Positions 1 through 12,258 of a DNA stretch of 64,000 nt are shown piece after piece. The DNA is from Lingula anatina (taxonomy: Eukaryota > Animalia > Brachiopoda). The stretch is from positions 14,380,587 through 14,444,586 of the forward strand of contig CM120648.1 in NCBI GenBank assembly GCA_051362555.1, given 5' to 3'. Position 1 is the first letter of the stretch, and every line of letters begins with the position of its first letter. Position numbers and translations under genes: made by a program. The notes beneath the pieces were generated by a model. It saw only the letters and a program-made list of their open reading frames with translations, was not told the DNA's origin and did not search any database.

Positions 1-401
1 TTAGCGAGAAGCCCCTCTGAGATAGTTTGACCTAAAGTTAGTACTATACAGTCCCTAAATGTCAACACACAAAAAGACTACTTGACACATTCAAGAAAAT
101 CCCACAAGACATAGTAGGTATGGTTCATAACTTGGCAGAAAAGACTTTATTAAGTAATGATACAGATGACCCAATACATACAATTATATTTATGTACATG
201 AAATATTAATTATACCAGTTTAAACTTCACAAAAACAAAGCTCAGCTGTGATAGGCTTCTAACCAGCCTTAAAATGTGTACTTGGTCAAGAGTACATTTG
301 GATTAAAAATTAAAGCCAGAAATAATCTCATGATTATTGGAAATTGTGGCATGCATGTCCTACTATGCTGAACAAATTTTTTATGATGATAAATGATATA
401 C

Positions 402-433
<32 letters not shown>

Positions 434-437
<4 letters not shown>

Positions 438-1028
438 AAAGGCCTGAATCAAATCTATTCCCATGCATAAAAAGCCCAGACCCCATGTTTATTACGCCCT
501 GGCTGGGCCCGTTCTTTATGGTGTCTTTGCATTGTTAACAGCATAATGGGCAAGTTAATTGACCAAGTTAATTGGCCAAGCTGCCAGTTTGTTTGTAAGG
601 CATGTGCAGGGGATGTCTTATATCAAGGCACATATTATGATACTTACAGGTGTGGCAAATGAACCCACCTTTAATTTAACATTTCTTTAGTAAATGTTAC
701 TAAATCAATCTACATGTCTTTTCTTTAAACATTAAATATCTTTAAAGTATCACCCTCAGATGTATTTTACAAACCACAGGTAATGAAATACAACTGTATC
801 TCATTTGCTACACCTGTAAGTACCGTATCATAATATGTGCCTTCATATAAAACATCCCCTGCACATGCCATACAAACAAACTGGCAGCTTGGCCAATTAA
901 CTTGGTCAATTAACTTGCCCATTACACTGTGAACAAAGCAAAGACACCAAAGGATAGGCCCAGCCAGGGCGTAATAAACATGGGGTCTGGGCTTTTTATG
1001 CATGGGACTAGATTTGGTCCGGGCCTTT

Positions 1029-1032
<4 letters not shown>
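434..1032. mobile_element. Foldback/MITE with about 230-bp inverted arms inserted in a (TA)n microsatellite
   Basis: 434-662 is the imperfect reverse complement of 800-1032 (tgtcaaaggcc...ggcctttgaca); (TA)n on both sides. Confidence 0.85.
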
Positions 1033-1071
<39 letters not shown>

Positions 1072-2095
1072 TTCCACGATACTGGCATGGGTAACAACAA
1101 TGGGACAAGGGCATCAAAATTTCAACATGACACTGATCTTGTGAGCAAACTTTTGGTATTTTGCTTTATATTCATGAATTTGGTAAATGTAACATAAAAC
1201 ACATTTAAATAATCAGGGAAGAGTACACTTGACTTCTCAGAGTTGGAAAAGCACACTGCGATCCTAAATTAAACAATGATGATATGAAATCATCTCTCAT
1301 GCATTACATGCCAAAAAGTGGGAACTGGATATAGCTAATTTAGTAAGTCTCATTTAATATTTATTTGATCGGGTCATTATGTCATCAGTGGAAATTTTCG
1401 CTATATCATTAGTCATTGGGCCAAATCTAAATGGGTAACAAAACTACAGGCTAGCTGTGGTTTCGCTGTCATACCATAACACACTCAGATGACAGGATTT
1501 CCTTACATCTTGGTGTTTTATGAAAAGCAGAATGTATTCCAGGTATTTAAATCCTGAAATTGAACGGTTTGTTTAGTTCACATGTATGGAAGATCATACT
1601 TTGTAGTGAAGTTGAAAACAAAAATGTTGGTAATGCACCATAACCCATTTTCGTCACCCATCAAAAATTGCAATGTAGGACAAATTTTTGTATTTCTGTA
1701 GTGTGTCTGCTGTAAATGATCCCTGAGATGACCAAAATACATGGCAATACTATTCTGAGAGTTTTCTTTTCCATAATGTACAGCAGCAAAACATACTGGT
1801 GTGTCTGTATCCCAAATTTAAGTACTGTTTGGCTGTAATTTTCGGCTTAGAATTAAAAAGCGTAAAATACACAGCAATGTTTGGAAACACAAAATTGTTT
1901 GTTAAAATAAGACATCCATCCCCTATCACATGAAAGCACTCTCATTGTAATCAAACACACAGAAATATTTTGTCAGACTTCATAGATGATAACCCACTGT
2001 TGTTACCCAATATCGTGGACCTCCAGATATCTAACCCTTGTGTGTATGTTTTAACCTTGACAGATATGTTTATATATGAACACAAGTGATGTCTA

Positions 2096-3378
2096 GACTT
2101 GTGAAGATTCTTTTGTCAATAGCTACTTATATTTGTTTGATCTTATCAGCCAATAATTTGTCTGCTTGCAGTCGAACTTCATCAGGGAATGAGGTTGTGA
2201 CAGATGTGACAACCTATCATCCCCTCTGGTACGCTATTTGGTCAGATCCCCCCTTGCCTGCCCCTCCCTTAGGCGTGGTAGGTAGAGGTTGGGTAGCTCA
2301 GTCCCATCATTCCGATTCAGCTCGGCCCCATGTAAGCGGTTGTTAATCGCTTCAAGAACTTTCCGGTGAAGGTCCCATGGCTCTCTTTCCAAGATTTTTA
2401 TGTCTTCTAGAGTTGTTGATGTTATACAATGCCCTGTCTGTTCCTGGTGTTGGCTGAGGGCAGATTTTTTATCACTTTTTGATGGATTTTTGATGTTTCG
2501 TGATTCTTTCTGTTAAGGAATGTCCTGTCTAGGGGCCCGTTTCATGAAGCAGTCGTTAGTTTGAATAACTAACTACTGAACTGCTAATGAGAAAACTTGG
2601 CAATTTTCGAGGGGTGTTTCACAAAGCAGTCTTTAACTCATTCAGTCATAAAGTTCAGTCCTCAGTTCTGCCGTTACTCACTGTACTCTTGAAACAGTCT
2701 ACCAGAATTCTTGCATAAAAGTGTCACAAATGTGTAGATAACTCTCCAATTTTTGGTGGCTGGAAATGCGTAAGAATGTCTCCTTTGAGGTCATCATAAA
2801 GGATCTCCACCATCTTTTTTGCCACTCTTTTTGTCACAGCCAGGTGCAACCTCTCATAAATTGCATCACTGTGCATATATTCTAATAGATTCTGCCTCTG
2901 ATGAAATGTTGCCATCTGGCAGTACAGATAGCAAGAAAGGCAGCAGCCATATTGCACACAAAGACAAACGACAGACAACAGTAACTAATCAACCTTTCTA
3001 ATTCATTCATTACGAATGCGTACCATGAAACTCTAGAGTTAGCGACTGGTCTGACCAGTAGTTAAATATCCATGGTAACAACAACACAATAACGAGCGAG
3101 AGAACTAGCAAGAGCTTCATGAAACGGCACTCATAACTAGCGAGAGGCTAACTACCGATCGTTAAATAACAACTGCTTCGGGAAACGGGCCCCTGTCTCT
3201 CTGATGAATTTCTCTCCACATACCTGACACTCACACTTGTATACAACACCTGTCACAACCTCATTCCCTGATGAAGTCGTATTGGCTGGTAAGATCAGAA
3301 AAATATAAATAGCTATAGACAAAAGAATCTTCACAAGTCTATTACAATAACATAGCTAATGAAACTGTTCTACACTAT
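2096..3378 (-). mobile_element. 5'-truncated Penelope-like retroelement: GIY-YIG endonuclease remnant, inverted pseudo-LTRs, tail, TSD
   Basis: Minus strand reads VTGVVYKCECQVCGEKFIRETG, then after the MITE HSLTERITKHQK...SALSQHQEQTGH...KILERE...RKVLEAIN...LNRNDGTELPNLY. Inverted repeats 2094-2212 and 3246-3341. Direct repeat aagtgatgtcta at 2084-2095 and 3379-3390. Confidence 0.85.
2531..3194. mobile_element. MITE with Harbinger-like TIRs inserted in the Penelope GIY-YIG coding sequence
   Basis: TIRs aggggcccgtttcatgaagcagtcgtta and taacaactgcttcgggaaacgggcccct; internal partial TIR copies near 2612 and 3115; splits the GIY-YIG reading frame. Confidence 0.75.
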
Positions 3379-3518
3379 AAGTGATGTCTATTTTAGTTGC
3401 TCATTCTAAAAATCTGTAGCAATATAAAACCATGGACTTACTACACAGTATTGTTCTGCCAAATACATTAGTACCAGATAATTGTTTTTTTTTTTCTAAA
3501 ATGCACAAATTTTTATGA

Positions 3519-5353
3519 ACAAGGCAGCAAAGCTGTCAAATGTACAGACAAAAAGAAGAAAATAATAATGCACAAACTAGGATACTGTCAACTCTGATGC
3601 AAAAATGCATTATGCTTAACTGCATAGCCAACATCAAATTTTAATTCTGCTCAGCAGTTAATAAGGATGAAAGTAAAATATGTAACAAGCATTAGACTGG
3701 GTTCCCATACCTAGATCAATCTAACAGGATCGATCCACCTCCAAGGGGTTTCAGCTTAAGCGGTTAAGGATTCTAGCATGCCAGCTTCAGAAGGCGTGAC
3801 AGACATCTAAGCAACTTACACTGATTGCAATTTAGCGAGAATCCCCTGGGAGATAAAGCAATCCACAGTTAGCAAGATAGGGTCTGGAAATGGTCCCCAA
3901 GGCTTCAGGCTGATAAGAGTTCATACCCTGAAAATGCCAGAATGAGAAAGTTTAAGAAAAGAAAGTGACATGGTTTTTCTTTAATGGTAACTATGGAGGC
4001 AGTGCCCAAAATAGGGTTTTCTTCAATTTTGATGCAATATATCATAATGCTTAACAGTATAATCACCATCAAACTTAAATAATAAAATAAAAGTATCATG
4101 GATATTCAGAAAATGTGACTAGCAAAGGTCTTCATAGCCCATGGAAGTTCAAAGTCACATCTTGAAAATGCAAATATGCAAAAAAATTAATTTTCACAAA
4201 AAAAACTTTATAACTTCAAAAAAAAACCCAATAGGACAGATTTTCCAACTACAGCTGTATTTTAGTCCTGTGTTTCTTTCCTGTAAGTGTGAGAAGAGTA
4301 AGTGACATGGTTTTCCTTTAATGGTCGCTATGGAGGCAGTGCCCAAAAAAGGGTTTTCTACAATTTTGATGCAATATATCATAATGCTTAACAGCATAAT
4401 CACCATCAACTTTTAATAATAAAGTAAAACTATCATGGACATTCAGAAAATGTGACTAGCAAAAGCCCATGGAAGTTCAGAGTCACACCTTAAAAATGCC
4501 AAAATGTAAACAAGAGCTAACTGTACTGAAATGTGTTTATCTCCATTATCAACACCCTTTGTACATGAAACAAAATATTTAATTGACTGTCATTTTTATA
4601 TGATCAACTAAGAAAATTGTATTCATAGGAAAAATATCAATAGAACCATTTTAAATGTCCAATTTGATCCATTCTGAGATTCTAAATATAGTGAATGATT
4701 GAATCTGACAAATTGCAATGATATGAGTTTTTTTCATTTTAACTCTATTACACAATACACAAAAACAAATATACCATCATTTTTTATAATCAAAAACCAC
4801 TTATATACAAAAAAAGCATAACTTTTGTAAAAATGGTCTGATCAAGCTGATTTTCGAACTCGACCTTATTTTAGTAAGATTGACCACCTGTGAATTTCAA
4901 GCCAATAGAACGAAAGATTTCACTGAAATATCTTACCAGTGCTGCATGTATGCTGATAAAAAGCAAAAAAAAAAAAGCATAACTTTTGTAAAAATTGGTC
5001 TGATCAAGCTGATTTACAAAATCAACCTGTATTTTAGTAAGAATGATCACACTTGTGAATTTCAAGACAATAGGCCGAGTGGTTTTTCTTGAAATGTGTT
5101 ATCAGTGTTGCATATATGCTAAAAAAGTTTAAAAACATCATAACCTTTTAAAAAAAAATGGCCCGGTCATACTGATTTTCGAACTTGACCTGCGTTTTAT
5201 GAATATTCATGAGTTCTGTAAGTTTCAAGCCAAAACTTTGAACAGTTTTCCAGTCATCATGTTATCAGTGAAAGTGCACGGCGACAGCGGTGACAATGGC
5301 AACGACAAATGGAGGAGACGGTTATATGTACAGACACATCTGTGTCTGTACAT
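3519..5353 (-). mobile_element. Non-autonomous Helentron/HINE-type element, family A (apparently complete copy)
   Basis: Left end aacaag + hairpin ggcagcaaagctgtc + subTIR atgtacagaca. Right end palindrome atgtacagacacatctgtgtctgtacat followed by an A run. Homologous bodies at 11720, 12547, 15208, 31158 and 52517. Confidence 0.75.
3693..3898. repeat. Palindromic element family P nested in HINE-A
   Basis: tagactgggttcccatacc...gggtctggaaatggtccc; absent at the equivalent site in the HINE-A copies at 15379 and 53672. Confidence 0.75.
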
Positions 5354-5754
5354 AAAAAGGCATTCATATTTTCTATTGTTCATACAAAATACAATCATTC
5401 ATAATTTAAATGAGAGAAACATTTGTACTATATATTCAAGCCCAAAAAATTTGAATTAACATATTTGTTCAGAATGACAACACCTTTTGAGCCATAACAT
5501 GTGGTGTCATTTTTTCTTTTCTTTATTTTTCCAATAAACATTAAACAGTTTCACTGAATTGTGTTTGAAATTTTTTAGATGCATATCATTTCCAAGTAAT
5601 AAGAGTTTATTTGTACATTGAAAGATTCAGATGAGGTGGGTTAGCAAATCACTTAGTGCTGCAAACTTCCAAATAACTTCAGACACTGCACCATATTTCC
5701 ATAAATTGCCCTCTAAGCATTCTTAACAGCCTAGAACTGTTAGTTGCAGGGTTT

Positions 5755-5902
5755 TCATTTGCTGACAGGTACAAATTTACTCTGTTCTGCAAGTTTCAAG
5801 GGAGGTTTGTCATTTTCATCTGTGATTAGTTTGAGCTTCTGTTCCTCATTGGTGTGAAAGTTCAATCTCACAAAATCACTGGCCCTCTTCAGAGTGTGAC
5901 TC
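5755..5902 (-). CDS. Hexosaminidase terminal exon 10
   Basis: ttattcag acceptor in the right phase; (R)SHTLKRASDFVRL...FVPVSK stop. Confidence 0.75.
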
Positions 5903-8900
5903 CTGAATAATAAACATTCAGATGGTTTTGAAACCATAAATAAGTAACAAGTCTGATTAAACATTTAACACACAAGTGCTACCAAAACAATTTTATAAAG
6001 AAGTAGTGGTTCACTCTTTTAACTGACAATTAAATGTACCCTTTGGGCCAATTAACAATCGGGCAGTTTTTAAGAGATTGAAAATAAATATGAAAGTGCA
6101 GACTGGTTCTTATACAATTTAATATGCTATATAGGCTTTACAAAAGATGTCATACTGTCAACATGCTTGGCATATTTCTCGCCCCTTCTCCTGACTGGAT
6201 GCTGATGGTCTCACCTTCCTCCACAGGACTTATCCCAGCTGAAGCATTGAAAATCAGCATACCAAAAATATCTATCAATGCCAGACCAGATACTTTACCC
6301 CTGCTTCAACCTCAGAGTGCTGTGTGCCAAGTGAGGAGACAGAAAAAACTGTTCATGAAGGATTGTTAATACGCTTTCTTTCACACAGAAGCTGTACACT
6401 GTGACCACTTTGACCTGATCAATGAAAACACCAGACATTCCCTTTGCATTTGTCAGTAAAGGCACTTCCACACCTAGATGCTGAGCTGCACACATCCCTG
6501 CCTGAGCCACCATTTAAGGGGCAGGTAGGGGCCAGGTAGTTACATAAGAGCAGATGAGCTGATCAGGTGCATTCCCACAGGGACCTATACCTTAAAGGTT
6601 TCTCGACAGATCGTCTGAATGGCCTGAATGGAGCATATTCTTCAGAACACATGCCCAACTAACGATATCTTTATCCAAATACACAAATTAAAAGCTCATT
6701 TTGTAAATTTTGGGCTTTAAAAGACGTCCTTTTTGCTAGGCTTGGGAGTTAATGAGCTACCTGGTCACTTGGTCCAATTACGACTATCTTGCCACCGGAG
6801 GAGAGAGCCAAGCAGCATGTTTAGCTGTCAAACTGAGCTGCATTTTCTACCTGTAAGTTTACTTTTCTGACTGCTGATTAAAAGTTCATACTCATTCAGA
6901 TCTCTTACCGGAGGGATCTCAATCTTCATGAAGCCGTGTGAAGCCATTTCCCCGTCTATCCAATCCTTTAACTAGCATTTAATTATGGTTATCCCATCTA
7001 GTTTAAAATACTGCATTCGAATGAGTTGAAGGTACTTTTGATCCTTCGATATGAGGTCCATGTTATTTATGAAATTCAATTCAATTTATTAAACCCTTGC
7101 GCCCTACAGCTCATCAGAATGAAATGCAATAAAAATATAAAGTCATAAAAACAACAACAATACAACTACTAGTGGTAATGATAAAAACTCATCAGACTGA
7201 TGCTAATCTTAGCTCCGATGTACATTTTAAGTACTTTCATAAGTTGTTTAATTGTGAAACATTGTTAAGTGATAAATTACTTTGTTTGAAAACACTTTGT
7301 TTTGTGTAATAAAAATTTTGATGTATTTCTGACTAATCGTTCTGTAGCAAAGACATTTTGAAATTTTAAGTTCTTAAAAGAATAAAATGAAATTCACCCT
7401 TGATGTCATCTAAAATACATAGTTCACAGGTTCTTAATTTTTATTGTGTCTGTTTACCTTCCAGTTTCTACAGCTAGATTATGTAATGAAACACTCAATT
7501 CGGCAAGAAATTCCTTATATTTCTGTGAAATTGGCTTATTTAAATAGAACTGCACTGTAAAATTATCAACAAGATGTTGGAACAATAGCCCTTTACTCCT
7601 TGTGGATATTTCATCTGTCAATGTTTGTCTAAAATTATCTTTCACTCTTTACTCTATCCAGGACGGTATCAAATTATCTGACATACTTTCATGAAAAATT
7701 AATGACAAGCCAATTGTCTCCAGTTCATTCTGTACTCAAATTACCTAATCAAATTTTTTTGTTAAGTAGATCTTTATAGCACGCTGTTATAATACAATTT
7801 TTTGAGGAGCGGATTTAAATCAATATTAAAAAATCATAGCTTTATACTTAAAAGAAGCGGTATCTCCTCACGGTTTCATAATATACTAAGTTATGTACAA
7901 TGAACTTATATTAGTTATCACTAGTGCTCCTTTCTATACCCAACATTCTTTTAAAAAATCTGCATGTGCTTTCTTATATCCCTTACCATGTTAAATCTCC
8001 ATGCATAATTTAAAACATACTAGAGTGCACACATTAAAGTGAACACATTAAAGTTATGATTTTTTAACATGCTACTATTAGCAAACAATGCTTTTTTACC
8101 TTGTTCTGATATATGTTTTTGGGTTTGACAAAACTTACAAATTTGCAAAAAGTATTGCATACAGATGCAGAACTTGCATTTCAAATTATAAAATTATAAA
8201 CCTTTTAAATTACTTAATATTTCAGATGAAACACCCTTCAGAAACAAATTCTCAAAGCAAATTAAAGGATTGAGTGCTGAATCTTCCAAATTCGAGAAAT
8301 TGATATTTACGTGAGTAGAATCCTTTAATTTCATTTACTATTTTAGAGGTTCTTGATATCGCAGGGTACAGTAGCTGGGCTGCTTTCTCCCCAGGGAGGT
8401 GAGAACATCACCACCTAGTCTGACTCAGGGGGTCAAAACATATGCCAGGCAGGTTGGCATCTAATGTCAACCACACTGAGACACAGTGGGGTGCAATGTT
8501 TAAGAAGCTGAATTTACTTAAATCTGAGTATTTCTCACCTTATAGCCAGCCATACTTCTCTGTTATCATTGCTGTCAATATGACCACTGTCTTTATGAAA
8601 CACCATTCCTGAATGAAATACCTTCCATGTTTGCCCAAAGTCCACACTGTACATGATATCAAATCCAGGGATCTCACAGTTGGCTGATAAGGTGCCATCT
8701 TTGCTGAAACTGAAGTGCAAAGTACTGCATTAAAAACATGCTATTTTATAAATCTAAACTATAAGTAATTTCCCCTCCAAAACAAAGTTTCCTCAAAAAG
8801 GGCAATTTTCTCTTACACAAAAACCATTAACCATCTTATCCCAAGCACTGGGATTCAACAATTTGTTTGTTTTTTTTTAATTCAGTGATTTATTTCCTTT

Positions 8901-11900
8901 TTAATCCAATGATTTAATTCATTGTATTCCCTTTTTAATTCAAAAATTTAATTCTAAAGGACTGTCCTAGTATTCAGAACAATTTTCACTATTCTGACTT
9001 TCAAAGATGTGGCCTTTCTTTCATTTTGCACAATAACGCAAAAAAGGTGAGATGTTTTTTATCATGGCTATTTGTAATCCTGAGATAATGGCACTACGCA
9101 CACTTTATATAAACTTTTAGTAACAGGATTTTAATGTCTTTAAGGTCTGAAATATTAAGACTACTAGTCATGATATCATTTTAAGATTGTAGTAGACATG
9201 ATATTAAGTAAGATGATTGCTAATCACTATGTTGTTTTTACAATGTATTCAATGTTACATGACTGCTAGTCATGATCTTGTATTATATCTGATATTTAGA
9301 GGACTGCTAATCATGGTGTTATTTCAACATTGTATTAGATGTGACTTCTAGCCTGGATGTTGTTTATATGCAATACTAATTCTATTTTATTTTTATTTCA
9401 TTTTTATTTTTATCCATTTATTTATTTATTTATTTTTTTTGGGGGGGGGGTGTAGAAAATTACAATTTGCAACAAAACTGTGGGGAAAAGTGATAAGTCA
9501 AATCCAAGGTTGCAATAAGATGGTAAATATAGGACTTCCCATCCAAGAAAATATAAGAGCCTGGAAATATGCCAGGTGCAGTTCACGGTGAAAAGTAGGT
9601 CAAAGATAAATTTCAAGGTCACAGGAAGACCTTCAATACATGAGCTCCTATTCAACATCAATAGTAACTATGGGCATATCTCTGCCAGTTTTGGAGTTTG
9701 GAGATATAAGGGACAGAAACTTTGCAAAGTTCAGTTCATGATGAAAAGTAGGCTTAACAAGTTCCATGGGCATATCTCTGCAAGTTTTGGAGTATTCCAC
9801 ATTTTTATTTTCACCACTGAATATTGTAACATTGTAATATTTGATATAGCGCAACTCCTAAACCATATGGAAAACAAAAAAATTTGAGATCACTTCTAGT
9901 ATTGCACTTGACAGGCTCTTAAAAATGCAAAAACAAGAGGTCTTTAGCATCTATGGTTGCAGAATTAGAGTTTTTTCAGTTTCTCCCGTAAAAATACTTC
10001 AATTTACCCCAAACTCTTGAAGATGAAAGGAGTCCCTAATTGTAACCTTTCAATATAATATGAGAGTTTTCATCTGTGTAGTTCCTGAAAATTGGCACAA
10101 ACTATTTTTTTTTTTTTTTTTTTTTTGCAGAAAATTCCAATTTTTAGACAATTTTGCCCCATTTGACCTTGAAATAAATGTCAAAGGTCAAATTCATATA
10201 TGAAATCTCCACATATGACTGTCAGTCAGCCATCTATAGAAATTTTTCCCATAATTCCTTTGGTTTGGGAGAAATTTAGAATTAAATTTTGCAAATTTTA
10301 GACAAGGGTGCATTGTGACAAGCACCACACCTAGATCCGAGCACCGACTAAGCCCAAAATTCACATGGCTCAAGTTGAAATTAAATGTGACCTAGCGCCA
10401 CGCTGGTTGTACAATTACAATATAGTACAGTTTGCTGAAAAAAATGGAAAATGCAACGTACCTGTGGTCAGATGAAGGTGACTTTTAAACTTGACTTGCA
10501 TTTTATTAATATTCATCAATATGTTTGATGACAATAGTTTAACCTGTTTTCCACTTTTGTTATGGATTTTATTCTTCTAAAGAAAGTGAATATGTGCTAT
10601 CAGACACCAAACATTAACTGAGCAACCTGCTCCAAAAGGAGACAGTCAGTCTGAACAAGAATGTGCTGTTGGTGAAAATGGAACAAAATGTACTTACACA
10701 GCTCCTGGTAAAGGCAAACGATACCAAATGCCCAAAGAATCAAGTTCAGATAATTCCTTGAGTCCGAGGGTGCTCGCAAACTTCTCCCAATCTTCTTGCA
10801 TGAGGTCAGCCTTTGTGTCATCTGTCTCCCAGGGAGCCTGATGCCATGACCTCTCAGCCACTGCCAGTAACCGTGGAAACAGCATATAGTAAAACTGATC
10901 TGCACTACGTATAGTTTCTGTCCATAATTGACTTTGTATTCCTTTAATAAACAAAGATAGAGATAACAGGGTCACTTTCATACAAGCTGAAAGCAACATT
11001 TCTATTTAATCTGTACACTTTGCAAAAAATTAGTACAATTTATTTTCCTTTTGATGTCTTTTTATCTATCAAGTCTACATTTACTTTTGTAACATTTCAT
11101 ATTACTACAACTACTAACAACTTCCAATTCAGAATCAACAATTAATTATAAAACTGTATCTTATCAGTCATGGAATCTTCAACATCTTAGAATGCATTCC
11201 CAAAAACCCATCCTTTCAGCTGGATTGATTTAACTCGGCAGGGCTTCTCTTTAAAGCCCACTAACAGCATCTTTTTTGCGTCCTTTGTGCAATGATTAAA
11301 CTGTTGCTGTGGTTATAGTAAACATACAATCCACACAGCAAACCAGTTCTGTTTTCTAAAGAATCTTGTATATGATTCTCAGGTTTCTTCATCTCTTTAC
11401 ACTTTCCCAATATGTTTGAACTAATACATTTATACACAATTCTTAGCTTTTTGCATTAAAGCATCTGTTTTCAGTGAACTTACCCAAAATGTTCTCAGAC
11501 TGATCCACTAGCTTACACTTTTCCTGGTACCCTCCGCAAAGAGGCCTATACTTGAACACATGCTCCAAGGATATAGACCGCGAAGCCCAGTAAAGACCAC
11601 GCTCTTCTGGATCTTGAATTTGGGGGTGGTCAAAATAGAGATAGTTTGCATTTGACAAGATGACCTGAAGAAGAGTTAAGAATGTGTTATGTGACATATC
11701 TGTTATGTGTGATTGCATTAACAAGGCAGCAAAGCTGTCAAACGTACAGACAAAAACCAGAAAATAAAAATGCAGAAAATAGGATACTGTCAATTCTGAT
11801 GAACTGATGCATTATGCTTTCTGTAACTGCATAGCCAACATCGAATTCTAATTCTGCAAAAACAGTGGATTAGGATGAAAGTAAAATGTGTAACAAGCAT

Positions 11901-12214
11901 TAGACTGAATTCCCATACCTAGATCAATCCAACAGGATCAATCCAACTCCAAGGGGTTTCTCACTAAATTGCTTTCAGCTTAAGCGGCTTAGGATTCTGC
12001 CATGCCAGTTTCAGTAGGCGTGACAGACAGCTAAGCCACTTAGCAATTTGATTGCAATTAAGCGAGAATTCCCTTGGAGACAGATCGATCCACAGTTAGT
12101 GTAATAGGGTCTGGAAATGGTCCCTAAGGCTTCAGGCTGATAAGAGTTAAAGTTCATACTTTGGAAATGCCAGAATGAGATAAAGTGAAAATTTCACAAA
12201 AAAAATTGCTTAAA

Positions 12215-12258
<44 letters not shown>

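Noticed and set aside
344-1117. Paired similar ORFs on opposite strands (also 2086+/3152-, the 24596-25072 set and the 61774-62732 set)
   Set aside because: They are by-products of inverted or tandem repeats.
7095-7118. ctgatgag on the minus strand as a hammerhead core
   Set aside because: There is no GAAA after the short stem; it fits a LINE 3' stem-loop better.
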